Origin: Camelus ferus
Taxonomy: Eukaryota
Reading direction: 5' to 3'
Assembly (NCBI RefSeq): GCF_009834535.1
Contig: NC_045696.1
Location: forward strand, 58,220,001-58,284,000
DNA: 64,000 bases
A model generated the notes under the pieces. That model did no database searches and was not told where the DNA came from. It saw only the letters and a program-made list of their open reading frames with translations. Made by a program: the position numbers and the translations under genes. Below, one piece after another: positions 49,801 through 58,115 of this stretch (position 1 is the first letter of the stretch; the number at the start of each line of letters is the position of its first letter).

Positions 49801-52800
49801 CCCTTCCTCATGGATGGGAGGGAACTGACTAGTAATGAGAGTGCTGTGGGGCAGAGGAAGTTTCATGCTGATATGGGAAAGATGAGGGGGAAATGTGAGA
49901 GGCCCTGTGCTTTCTCCCCACAGTGCATTAGTGACTGGCTTCCAGAATGGCCAGAGGAGTGAGTGTGTGCGTGCATGTGTGCACAAATGTGTGTGTGTGT
50001 GTGTAATCTAAGGGAAATAAATCATTGCTCATTATCCCTGCATTACAGAGTAAAAGCAGCCCTTCATTTCTGCATGACAGGAAAAGACTTAATCGCTCCG
50101 CAGAGAACTGAAGGTTTTGTGAGTTGGATGTTTTTCAAAAAAAGTGTGATATGCACAATTAAAAAAAGAAGAAAATGCTGCAGCAAAATGAAGCAAACCT
50201 CTTGTGTCTGCCTCTGCCCTCAGCAGATGACTATTGGCAAGAATTGTCATGAAGTTGCAATGGCATCTGAGCAATCTCAGTATAAGGCGTGAATCTGGAG
50301 TCAGGTAGAGTTTTTAGCTGACCTAAGGGCCACGTTTGGAAATCCTGGTAGGATATCATCCTACCTTAGAGACTAAGACAAGGGTCCTCTTCCTCCAGGA
50401 AGCCTTCCTGGATTATAAGCTCTCCACCCTGATCTTATTTTGTTCCACACTCTCTTTACCCTTCCCGTTCCATTCACATTGTGTGTTTCTGTCACTCTGA
50501 AAGTGCTCATCTGTTCTCTGTGAGGGGAAGAAGTCAGGGTGAGAGGGTTGCCTGTCCCCAGCACACAGGGTGCTCCCCAAGAGTAGCAACTGGGTCACAG
50601 TTTAACCCCCTTCTTCCCTTCCAACAGGGGTATTCCAGATGTAGGCAGCTGAACAGGGGAAGAGGTGGCACGATGGCTCTGCAGCAAAGTAGGAGAAATT
50701 TCATCTGGAGATGACTCTGCTCCACCTTCACTCTGGCCCTTTCTTAGGGTGGAGGGGAGAGGAAAAGGAAACAGGGCAGAAGCCAGGATGACAGTGGGAG
50801 GTGAGGATGGGGCAGTAGGAGGTGGCCCCTTCCAGTTTCTGTCACTCTCCCTTACCCCAAAGTGACTGACAAGGGCAAGAAGGAAGGAGTGAGGGGGGAG
50901 ACTCCGCGGGCGCAGTGCCGTGATCCTGGGGGAGCCGTCTTGGGAAGGGAGCCAGTGTCCTCTTATTAAACAGGCAAAGAGGACCAGAGGGAAGGCTGTT
51001 GTTAAAACACCAAGCACGTTCTGAGCTCCGTGTGCAGTGAAGGCTTTGGACGGCGACTTTAAGAGAAAAATGACATTCTCTATGACGCATCTGTGATTTT
51101 AATTATAGTCAATTCAACTACCCACTTTGTGGATTAACCACTGCCAGTGTTAACTCCATACTGGCTTCTGCCTGCCACCTAGAAAGGCCAAGCTGTGGCA
51201 AAAGGAAAAATGTGCTGACCAGAGAAGCTGAGATGACACCACCCTCCAGAGCTGTCCGCCTAGGATGAGGGACCATCTCCGCTTGCCCGGGGCTTAGAGG
51301 ATTCCTTAGTTACACTTTGTCAACTGCCTATGTCACTCTGAGCCCCATTCCTACCTTCTGAAAGAGGGAGGAGTAAGAAGTCAGTTTCACTCAAGTGATT
51401 TATACCTGGAGGTTTGAACTGGTGTCAAGGAAGACAGGCACTCAAGGAACACATCTTCCGGCTCTTCACCCTCCTCCCGTCACCACCCAGTTTGCTCCAG
51501 TACAGACCAGCCTAGCTGGGAGACAGGGATTCCCCTGCTCTCCTTCCATGGTCCTGCCGCTAGAAGCAGCCAGGCCAAAGGGCCCCAGCAAAGCCCCTGA
51601 GATGAAATAGTTCATTAGGAGCTGCTGAAGGGGGCCCCCACCTGAGGAGGATGGTTCTCAGGGCCCCACCCCTTGGCCCTCCCCTTCAGTGACAGCCACC
51701 AGCACTTCAGGAGCCATCAGAAGTCTGAGGGTGTGCGTGCGTTTTGCAGGCTTAAGGACATTGCTAATTTCCTTTAATCCACTTAAGCCTTCAAAGCCTC
51801 AGATCCCAGCTCAAACAAGACAGCACAGAGAAGACAGCTGCAAACCCTCCTCCCTGAGACAGGAGCCAGCCCACAGCTGGGAAGGCCGAACATCTGAAAG
51901 GCCCCCAGCCTCCCCAGCTCGCCGTCCCCAACTCCTATCCATACTGCCTCCCATCCCCCAAGTCCCGGGCCAGCCTTGGTCTCATGGATTCACTTTTCCA
52001 TTCTGGTTTCCCTACTGCCCTTCTCAGCTGGCTGTGTGGAGTCGCAGAGGATGGGCTATGGGGGCACCTGAGGGAGGAGCACTTGGTCACTCTGCAGTGG
52101 GGAGTGCACGGACAGAGTCAGGACACTGGCATTGAGGCCTGGCTCTGACAAGTCCCTCCAACCATCTACACCTCAGCCCTCTCAGTGGTAAACAGAGGTG
52201 GTAGTCCTTGCCCTGCCTTGCTGCCAGGGTTAAAGTGGAGAGGAAATTGGATAGCTGTTGATCATACTTAAGAACCTGGGAACCCCTGAGACCACATCTG
52301 CAGATCCCAGTATGAGCTGCCACCTAGGTGATGAATCCTGAAGTGTGGATGTGGTCCTAACACCCCCAGCGATCGCCAAACTGGCTAACAGGCTGTGGGA
52401 GAACACGTGGGGCACTACGGTGTTTGTGTTTTGTTTTTACATTATCATCAAATGTAGATGCTAATTTTAGAAACTCTTTATCAAGAACTTATGGGCCCCT
52501 CAGAATATGTCCAGTGATTCACAAACCCCAGTTTGGGAGAGACTTTAATAGGACACTCTCACACCCTGCCTTGACAGAAGGAGATATTAGTCGCCAAGGT
52601 CCCTTTCCCTGGGGGTTCCCAGGGCCCCAAAGATGGGCATCCCTGCAGCCATCTTAGGGCAGAAGGAAGCTTTCCAGAGATCTCCAGACACTTCCTAATG
52701 AGTGAGTCATCCTCATTCTTCCCCAGGGAAGCCAAGAAATAGAGCTCCGCTTCCAGAAGAGCTAGACCAACCCTTGGCCACTCCACCCAGGGCAGCCACA

Positions 52801-53224
52801 AACTCATTCTGCAGCAAAGGTGTTTCAGAGAAAGACCCTTCCCTCCCCTCTTCTTTCCCCTGAATGAATTGTCTGGAGACTAGAATCAGATCCCCCCAGT
52901 TCTCAGCTGCCCATCCTTCTTACACCTATCCCAAAGGAAGAGTCTCTGTACCCTATAGGACATGAGCATCCTGGGACTTTCAATAGCCGGAGAGACCCTG
53001 CAGAGGTTCCACCTAAGTCCTTCAGGACATAGTCACTGCCAAAAAGGACAGAGAGGGAAGCGGCTCTCACCTGCAAAGGCCACGATGGGGTGTTCCCTTG
53101 GGGAGCACAGTTGCTGCTCACTGCTGGGTTCACTGGTGACGTCCTGGGAGCTGGCGAGGTGCACTAGCAGCAGTGTGAGGCTGGGTGGGAGCAAGGTGAC
53201 AGCCAGGGGCCCAGGGAACACCAT
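14332..53224 (-). CDS. SEMA5B: Semaphorin-5B, full spliced CDS span (21 coding exons, 3282 nt, 1093 aa)
   Basis: The exon translations join in frame across GT-AG introns. They give signal peptide, Sema, PSI, TSP1 repeats, TM and a tail ending ...PGQRCFPNS*, which I recognise as SEMA5B. Exon lengths sum to 3282 nt. Confidence 0.98.
14728..14933 (-). CDS. SEMA5B: SEMA5B coding exon 20 (TM: GFSLIHLVATGISCFLGSGLLTLAVYLSC...YTPMEFK)
   Basis: tcccag| acceptor, |gtggga donor, 206 nt; hydrophobic segment. Confidence 0.96.
15363..15407 (-). CDS. SEMA5B: SEMA5B coding exon 19 (juxtamembrane, VILPASSVDEATGCG)
   Basis: ttgcag| acceptor, |gtaaga donor, 45 nt, phase 1-1. Confidence 0.93.
15724..15873 (-). 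CDS. SEMA5B: SEMA5B coding exon 18 (EGWSPWSEWSTCTEDGVQSRSRHC...CPYSEIP; TSP1)
   Basis: ccacag| acceptor, |gtcagt donor, 150 nt, phase 1-1. Confidence 0.95.
15975..16145 (-). CDS. SEMA5B: SEMA5B coding exon 17 (VRGAWSCWTSWSPCSASCGGG...CATQACP; TSP1)
   Basis: ttgcag| acceptor, |gtaccg donor, 171 nt, phase 1-1. Confidence 0.96.
16571..16789 (-). CDS. SEMA5B: SEMA5B coding exon 16 (ALVEDLLRSG...WAAWGPWSSCSRDC...DCNPQACP; TSP1)
   Basis: ccctag| acceptor, |gtaacc donor, 219 nt, phase 1-1. Confidence 0.96.
16991..17216 (-). CDS. SEMA5B: SEMA5B coding exon 15 (EFKTCNPEGC...GSGACDTD)
   Basis: tcaaag| acceptor (AAG), |gtacag donor, 226 nt. Confidence 0.93.
17347..17494 (-). CDS. SEMA5B: SEMA5B coding exon 14 (FCNENTPCPVPIFWANWGSWSKC...CPGCGV; TSP1)
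   Basis: cctcag| acceptor, |gtgagc donor, 148 nt. Confidence 0.96.
17678..17821 (-). CDS. SEMA5B: SEMA5B coding exon 13 (NGAWTPWSSWALCSTSCGIG...GKSREER; TSP1)
   Basis: caccag| acceptor, |gtgagc donor, 144 nt, phase 2-2. Confidence 0.96.
18500..18532. repeat. (GT)n microsatellite
   Basis: Seen directly. Confidence 0.95.
18988..19169 (-). CDS. SEMA5B: SEMA5B coding exon 12 (VRNVTQDGGFGPWSPWQPC...IANCSR; TSP1)
   Basis: ctgcag| acceptor, |gtatgt donor, 182 nt. Confidence 0.96.
19319..19436 (-). CDS. SEMA5B: SEMA5B coding exon 11 (PSI: ACLGARDPYCGWDGKQQRC...NITACP)
   Basis: tggcag| acceptor, |gtgaga donor, 118 nt; DPYCGW PSI motif translated by hand. Confidence 0.96.
19570..19740 (-). mobile_element. 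MIR SINE
   Basis: ctgtgtgccaggca...ctgttaccatccccat. Confidence 0.6.
19890..20030. mobile_element. MER5A-like hAT MITE
   Basis: ctggctgcacattagaatcac...gagctttaaaa. Confidence 0.65.
21376..21882 (+). mobile_element. 5'-truncated L1 (3' end)
   Basis: ORF2 end / 3'UTR motifs (atgccatttgcagcaacatggatggac); degenerate TSD aaaacagaagattc / aaaacagcagaagactc. Confidence 0.9.
21957..22125. mobile_element. MER5A-like hAT MITE
   Basis: ctgcaaattagaatctccc...caggtgattctaatg. Confidence 0.6.
22337..22378. repeat. (CCCTG)n pentanucleotide repeat
   Basis: Seen directly. Confidence 0.9.
24666..24766. repeat. 24-bp minisatellite, about 4.2 copies (ccctaccccctccccRctgtcaca)
   Basis: Units start at 24666, 24690, 24714 and 24738. 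Confidence 0.9.
25230..25670 (+). mobile_element. ERV1 LTR (MER41-like), antisense to SEMA5B
   Basis: aataaagccttgcctg poly(A) region and 3' end tcaatttctattgattaaagagtccaag; the 5' boundary is uncertain. Confidence 0.6.
26118..26325 (-). CDS. SEMA5B: SEMA5B coding exon 10 (ESGTILKAL...VPLERCAAYRSQG; end of Sema, start of PSI)
   Basis: ctccag| acceptor, |gtgagt donor, 208 nt. Confidence 0.96.
26430..26637 (-). CDS. SEMA5B: SEMA5B coding exon 9 (CGTLPEVGPNENL...YHVLYIGT)
   Basis: ccgcag| acceptor, |gtgagc donor, 208 nt. Confidence 0.96.
27050..27270 (-). mobile_element. MIR SINE
   Basis: gttgagtgacttgcccaaggtcgcaca core. Confidence 0.75.
27794..27929 (-). CDS. SEMA5B: SEMA5B coding exon 8 (NSIAASAVCAFNL...NPIPDFQ)
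   Basis: tttcag| acceptor, |gtacag donor, 136 nt. Confidence 0.96.
28229..28470. mobile_element. hAT-Charlie-type MITE
   Basis: cagtggtttccaaac terminus, tacttacccttact internal motif. Confidence 0.55.
28620..29290 (+). mobile_element. L2 LINE 3' fragment
   Basis: tccattctccacacagcagc...aaacccttcaatg...ataaagatcaaaatcctt. Confidence 0.8.
30261..30546 (-). CDS. SEMA5B: SEMA5B coding exon 7 (EPNFVAAYDIG...RVARVCKND...KARLNCS...YGVFTTNV)
   Basis: ccccag| acceptor, |gtgagt donor, 286 nt; carries Sema core motifs. Confidence 0.97.
30710..30940 (-). mobile_element. MIR SINE
   Basis: cccatattacaggtgagaacactgtggcacaga. Confidence 0.75.
31209..31422 (-). CDS. SEMA5B: SEMA5B coding exon 6 (VGNLSRTMEKINGVARCPYDP...QYNSKWLN)
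   Basis: cctcag| acceptor, |gtaagg donor, 214 nt; carries the Sema RCPYDP motif. Confidence 0.97.
31660..31864. mobile_element. MER53 palindromic MITE
   Basis: Arms ttaaatttgaattctcatgaacaa / ttgtttatctgaaattcaaatctaa; terminus ggcaacccta. Confidence 0.75.
31911..32009 (-). CDS. SEMA5B: SEMA5B coding exon 5 (EECQNYVRVLIITGRKVFMCGTNAFSPVCSSRQ)
   Basis: cttcag| acceptor, |gtgggg donor, 99 nt; carries the Sema CGTNAFxP motif. Confidence 0.97.
32368..32430 (-). CDS. SEMA5B: SEMA5B coding exon 4 (ATEWASNEDTRRSCQSKGKTE)
   Basis: ccacag| acceptor, |gtacgt donor, 63 nt, phase 0-0. Confidence 0.96.
34255..34385 (-). mobile_element. MIR SINE
   Basis: catttttacaggtgaggaaaatgaagctcagaga. Confidence 0.75.
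34898..35145 (+). mobile_element. Young 5'-truncated L1 with a perfect 18-bp TSD
   Basis: aaaaaattgttcactgct at 34880-34897 and 35146-35163; AATAAA followed by an A-rich tail. Confidence 0.92.
35170..35830 (-). mobile_element. TcMar-Tc2/pogo-type (Kanga/MER104-like) DNA transposon with a transposase remnant
   Basis: Minus-strand broken translation QPIDISVHKPF*DHMKREYE...PSGKLKKVPAS...EWV...WKKI...CITD; the ends resemble MER104-type termini. Confidence 0.7.
35840..37280 (-). mobile_element. Ancient L1M remnant (host of several nested insertions)
   Basis: T-rich L1 motifs (atagaattctat...ttttaaaggcatt...ctccattgtcttctag). Confidence 0.6.
36420..36650. repeat. (CTTT)n / polypyrimidine microsatellite
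   Basis: Seen directly, about 230 nt. Confidence 0.95.
37285..38065 (+). mobile_element. L1MC-like 3' UTR fragment containing (CA)n at 37778-37830
   Basis: aattccaggtctggggcaggaaatgtac and tgtgggaaactctgtaggacaaat motifs. Confidence 0.6.
39289..39330 (-). mobile_element. Ultra-short L1 3' tail insertion with a 13-bp TSD
   Basis: cacataaattgtt at 39276-39288 and 39331-39343; the insert reverse-complements to an L1-like terminus plus an A-rich tail. Confidence 0.7.
40312..40478. mobile_element. MER5A-like hAT MITE
   Basis: ttgcacatacgaatcacctgggag...tgattctagtgagc...gagaacaactg. Confidence 0.7.
40700..41750 (+). mobile_element. L2 fragments
   Basis: tccattctctgcactgagccag; terminal tattcaataaacgtttat...ggatgaatg. 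Confidence 0.55.
42925..42970 (-). CDS. SEMA5B: SEMA5B coding exon 3 (NYLFRLSLANVSLLQ)
   Basis: tcacag| acceptor, |gtacat donor, 46 nt, phase 2-0. Confidence 0.95.
43413..43685 (-). mobile_element. L1 3' fragment (sense to SEMA5B)
   Basis: ttataggctattacaagatactgaatatagttccc; similar to 54930-55300. Confidence 0.85.
43897..44590 (+). mobile_element. L1MB-like ORF2 end and 3'UTR
   Basis: Translation TYVHTKTCTQMFITALFIIAETWKKPKCPSVGEWINKLW matches the L1 ORF2 C-terminus. Confidence 0.9.
46120..46490 (-). mobile_element. L1 3' fragment
   Basis: tttaaggtatagttgatttacaatattg...cagatcccacatataaatgata. Confidence 0.85.
46644..46702. repeat. (GGA)n(GAT)n compound microsatellite
   Basis: Seen directly; abuts the SINE tail. 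Confidence 0.9.
46703..46824 (-). mobile_element. tRNA-derived SINE (Vic-1-like) inserted in an old L1 3' end
   Basis: ggggattgaacccaggacctc...ctctaccacttgagctata. Confidence 0.9.
47608..47786. mobile_element. MER5A hAT MITE with a degenerate 8-bp TSD
   Basis: cag...ctg termini; flanks gatcagac / gagcagat. Confidence 0.8.
48393..48492 (-). CDS. SEMA5B: SEMA5B coding exon 2 (DLKPWVSNFTYPGARDFSQLALDPSRNQLIVGAR)
   Basis: cccctag| acceptor, |gtaatg donor, 100 nt, phase 1-2. Confidence 0.96.
48800..49500 (+). mobile_element. L2 fragment
   Basis: caccatcatctcttgcctagact...tttctaaaatgcaaatctgatgtcactc. Confidence 0.7.
53071..53224 (-). CDS. SEMA5B: SEMA5B coding exon 1 (signal peptide, MVFPGPLAVTLL...HPIVAFA); the exon starts at 53273 with 49 nt before the ATG
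   Basis: Kozak CCCACCATGG; acceptor tttcag|G at 53274/53273; donor G|gtgaga at 53071/53070. Confidence 0.93.
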
Positions 53225-53589
53225 GGTGGGCCCCTCCGCGGTCCTGGCTCCCGGAGGCCGGCTGGGGGAAGACCTGAAATGCAAACACTCACTCTCACCA
53301 TGTACTCTGTCGGTGATGCCCGCCTCTCCCGATTTCCTCCATGGCTGGCAGTGGGCCCACGGGATTTGTTTGTTTATTTGTTTGTTTTAATAAATTTGTA
53401 TTTTATTTATGATACTTAAGGGTTTGCTCCAGGAATGTGAAGTTATAGATCATATCTTGAAAGCTAATTTCCCTTGTAATGTATTCTGGACAAAGCTGAC
53501 AAATTATAGTGCTTTTTCTATTACGATCCCAAATGGTTTAAAATTCATTTTAATGATAAAGGTGGGATCTTAGGGATCTTAATAAATGG

Positions 53590-54900
53590 AGTTAGGACAA
53601 GTGGGTAGCCATTTGTAAAAAGATAAATTTAGATCTATAACTCACACCAACTAGGAAAAATTCCACTGGATGAAAGATTTAAATGTTGAGGATAAAACCG
53701 TAAAAGTACTAGAAGAAAATATGGGCAGAATTCTTTGTAACTGTGGAGTGGAGAACCATGACTCAAAATCCAGAAGCTATTAAAGAAAAGATCGACATAT
53801 TTAACCACATAAACCCCACAAACTTCTGCATGCTCCCTCCCCCACCCCAAAACAAATCAAGCAAAACCAAAAGGTAAATGACAAACAGGGGAAAAGATTT
53901 GCAGTTCAGGTCAGAGACAAAGGGCTAATATTCCTAATGCATAAAGAAACCCTGAGAATCAAGAAGAAAAAGACCAACCATCTGGTAGAAAAATGGCAAA
54001 GAATATAAATATAAACAGGGCTTAAAAATATGAATGATGCTATTCTCACTCACAATAAGAGCAATGCAGATTAAACCTTGGGCTGAGATAGTACTGATCA
54101 TCTAACAGTTTAGTACAAATCCAAGTGGGACGACACAGTCTTGGGGAGGCTGTGGGAAAAGGGGCATGCTCATTGACTGCTGGTGGGTGTGAGAATGGCA
54201 CAACCTCATGGAGAGGGATCTGCAAAATCTGGCAAAGCAATAAAGGCATTTACCCTTTGGTCTAATTTCTGGGAGTCTAAATCAGTGCCCCTCGAAGTGT
54301 GGTTCCCTGGACCAGTGTCGACCCACAAGCTGGGACCACTCTGTGGGAAGATAAATGAAGAATTTGGAGAGTGTTTTAAAAAAAACTTTATAGTAATTTG
54401 ACAGTCATTTTTACATCTATTGGATCTAATAACAAAATCTGTGGGCTTGTATATTGCTTAGGTTTTTTTTCCCCAAATTCACTTCTCAAGGAGTTCACTT
54501 TTATTGAGCTTTACGTAAGCATCCATCCATGACAGATTGTAAATTGAAAAGTAAAACCTGCTCCTTCACCACAATTAGTTAAGAAACAAAAATAGGATGC
54601 AAGGGCACCTGCACACGTGCAAAGTGACTTATGCACAAGGTCATTCCTGTGACATTTCTGAGATAGCAAGAGACAGGGAACAACCAAATCTCCAGTCCCT
54701 GGAGACTGCTTCAATAAGCCATGCGTATGGTTGCAATGGAATATGCTACAGCTCCAGACAAGAATGGGCTTTTTATCTGGATGTTTGCTAAGGGGAAATC
54801 TCCAGGTATATTAAGTGAAAAAAGCAAGGTGCAGAACAGTGTAATAGCGTGCTACCTTTCGTGTAAAAAAGAGGGTAGAAATTGCTTGTATTCGCATTAT
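53590..54900 (+). mobile_element. Ancient L1M ORF2 remnant, interrupted by a Charlie-like piece (~54282-54575)
   Basis: A-rich ORF2-type motifs (gtactagaagaaaatatggg, ctgctggtgggtgtgagaatgg). Confidence 0.6.
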
Positions 54901-54929
54901 TATACAGTGTAAAAATAAGCCAAAACGAA

Positions 54930-56060
54930 ATGTTTTTAATTTTACTGAAGTGTAGTTGGTTTACAATGTGTTAATTTCTGGTGTACAGCATAGTGATTCA
55001 GTTACACACACACACACATATATATATATATATTACTTTTCATATTCTTTCTCATTATAGGCTATTACATAGTATTGAATATGGTTCCCTGTGTTATACA
55101 GTAGGACTTTGTTGATTATCTATTTCATATATAGTAGTTAGTATATGCAAATCCCAAACTCCCAGTTTATCCCTCAACTCCTCCCTTTTTCCAAGGTAAC
55201 CATAAGTTTATTTTCTATGTCTGTGAGTCTGTTTCTGTTTTGTAAATAAGTTCATTTGTGTAACTTTTTTAAGATTCCACATTTAAGTGATATTATATAG
55301 TATTTTTCTTTCTCCTTCTGGCTTACTTCACTTAGTCTGACAATCTCCAGGTCCATCCATGTTGCTACAAATGGCTTTATTTTATTCTTTTTTTAGGTTG
55401 AGTAGTACTCCATTATATATATTTATAGACTCACAACTTCTTTATCCAGTTCTCTGTTGATGGACATTTAGGTCGTTTCCATAGCTTGGCTATTGTAAAT
55501 AGTGCTGCTATGAACACTGGGGTACATGTATCTTTTCAAATTAGAGTTCCCTCCAGATATATGCCCAGGAGTGGGATTGCTGGCTCATATGTAAGTCTAT
55601 TTTTAGTTTCTGAAGGATGCTCCATACTGTTTTCCATAATGATTGCACCAAACTACGTTCCCACCAACAATGTAGGGGGATTCCCTTTTCTCCACACCAT
55701 CTCTAGCATTTATTGTTTGTGGACTTTTTAATGATGGCCATTCTGACTGGTGTTAGGTGATACCTCATTGTAGTTTTGATTTGCATTTCTCTGATAATCA
55801 GTGATACTGAGCATTTTTCATGTGCCTATTGGCCATTAGTATGTCTTCACTGGAGAAATGTTTATTTAGGTCTTCTGCCATTTTTTGATTGGGTTGTTTG
55901 TTTTTTTGTTATTGAGTTGTATGAGCTATTCTGGAGATTAAGCCCTTGTCAGTCAAATTGTTTGCAAATATTTTCTCTCAGTCCATAGGTTGTCTTTTCG
56001 TTTTGTTTATAGTTTACTTTGCTTTGCAAAAGCTTATAAGTTTAATTAGGTTCCATTTCA
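54930..56060 (-). mobile_element. L1 3' ~1.1 kb (sense to SEMA5B)
   Basis: atgcccaggagtgggattgctgg; gccattctgactggtgttaggtgatacctcattg. Confidence 0.92.
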
Positions 56061-57064
56061 AAACTAATTTTTTTAAGAAAGGTTACCTAAAAGTAGCAAA
56101 ATGGTGATCCAGGCTTCTCAATGTATACCCTTTCATATTATTTTTGTTTTTGAATATTATGTTTAATAAAACCTATTCAATAAAACTTTCAAAATCTTTT
56201 AAAAATTAGTTTTGGAGCAGCCCAACCATTCCTCTGGAGCCTGACTCAGACCCTCTGTGAGTCAGTTCCCACCTCTCTCCTTCCCTCGTCCATCCAATGT
56301 GTCACCAAGTCCTGCTGACTCCACATCCCTCACTGAGTGACCTCCATGGTGTCACTTTCATTATCTGTGAAATGAAAGGTTGAACTAGAGAAGAGATTCC
56401 CGGAAGAGATGGGAGCAAATCAGAACCCCTTCCACTAGGGTGGAGTCCTGGGCCAGCAGGTGAGTGATCCCAAAGGTGATTCTGACAAGCTTCCCCTGGG
56501 ACTAGAGGCCCTGGGGTTCCTTCACAGTCTAAGACCCTTTTTGGTCCTAATCTCTCCTCTCTCTTCCCTCCCTACTGCCCTACATTACTCCAGGTCCAGA
56601 GAAACTACAGCAGGATGATTTTCTTCCTGCCTAAGTTTCCACACTTGTGTGTGACAAAGGGTAACACCTATCATGGCATTGCTGCAGGGCTTCCAGGAGA
56701 TACCCAACTGTATGCCTCACAGAGCCCCTTCTCCCTTACCCTGCCCAATCCTTCAGCCCATGGGCCGTTAGTCCCTAGAGCATCTGTTTAATCCCTTCAT
56801 CATCAGGTTCAATTCTCTGCTCCTCCCCCAGGAGATCCTGGCCATCCCTCTGAGCAGAGATCCTCTAGGAGGGAGGTATGGCCGAAACTTAACCCTGGGG
56901 CGATTTTTCTTACAGTCGCTCACAGGAACTCATTCCTCAGTGCTAAGCTGGGTTCTTCCTGCTGCAAGGGACTTGGCACTGCCATCCTGTCTAGGTGCCC
57001 ATCACCTTCTTTCCTTCACACTGATTACTGGTCTCAAGGGAGTGAGAAATCAAAGGGCAGGGCC

Positions 57065-57226
57065 AACCCTCTGGAGCCAGTCAACCTGAGTTCAAATCCC
57101 AGCCTTCTCCTTACCAGCTGTGCCACTCTGGGAAAAACACTTACCCTCTCCCTGCCTTAGTTTCCCCAAATTAGGAGTGAGAATAACAATATCAACTCCC
57201 TCAGCAGTTGTCAAAGTTAAGGGAGT
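57065..57226 (+). mobile_element. MIR SINE (interrupted by MER2)
   Basis: cctgagttcaaatcccagcc...ccttagtttccccaaat. Confidence 0.7.
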
Positions 57227-57570
57227 TATAGCTAGCCGTTATCAGCAGGTTCCACATCCAACCAACAACAGAGCAAAAATATTTGGGATAAAAAGAGTCC
57301 AGAAAGTTCCAAAAAGCAAAATTTGAATTTGCCATGCCCCCAGCAACTATTTACATAGCATTTACATTGTATTTACAACCATTTACATATCATTTCCATT
57401 GTATTATGTATTATAATTAACCCAGAGATGATTTAAATTGTACAGAGGATGTACTTAGGTTACATGCAAATACCACACCGTTTTATATAAGGTACTTGAG
57501 CATCTGAGGATTTTGGTATGAGGGGGGTCCTGGAACCAATCCCCCCCCCCAATACCAAGAGATGACTGTA
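57227..57570 (-). mobile_element. MER2-like Tigger-family MITE
   Basis: ttttggtat...gggtcctggaaccaatcccc...ataccaagagatgactgta terminus. Confidence 0.8.
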
Positions 57571-57689
57571 CTACCTTTGAAAGGCCTAGAACAATGCTGG
57601 CTGACAGTGAGCATCAGAGAGAGAGCTATCCTGGTGCCCCGAAGGAAGCGAGCAGGGAGGACTGGGGAAACTCCTAGTGGCCTTTGACG

Positions 57690-58115
57690 CTTGTGCTGGA
57701 GGCCTTCTATTTGTTCCTCCACTCTCTCTGTTATTCCCCGGTCTGTGCCTGGACTGCATCAGGGGTCCTTCCCTCTGGCCATTGGGTGCCACTGGCAGAA
57801 GATGGGTAGAAGGATGGAGGGAGGGGGGAAGGAGGCAGCAGAGTGAGTGGCTGCATCCTTCCACTGAAGCCGGAGCTCTGGTCCTGCAGTTTCTCTGCCT
57901 CCAGGTTTCAACAGTCGCTCCCTCCCTCCCTCCCTCCTTCCTCCCTCAGGCTGAGGGGTGCAGGCCCACGTTATCAGCCCTAGGGTACCAGACACTGAGC
58001 CTTCCCATATGGTTCCCAAACCCTTCCCACACCTTTGTAAACAGCTCCTTTATTAAACTGCCCTCACATTTCCCAATTTGAGTGAGCCATCTGTTTCCTG
58101 GGGATCCTGACTATA
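57690..58115 (+). mobile_element. LTR33-like ERVL LTR
   Basis: 3' end cccacacctttgtaaacagctcctttattaaact...gccatctgtttcctggggatcctgact. Confidence 0.7.
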
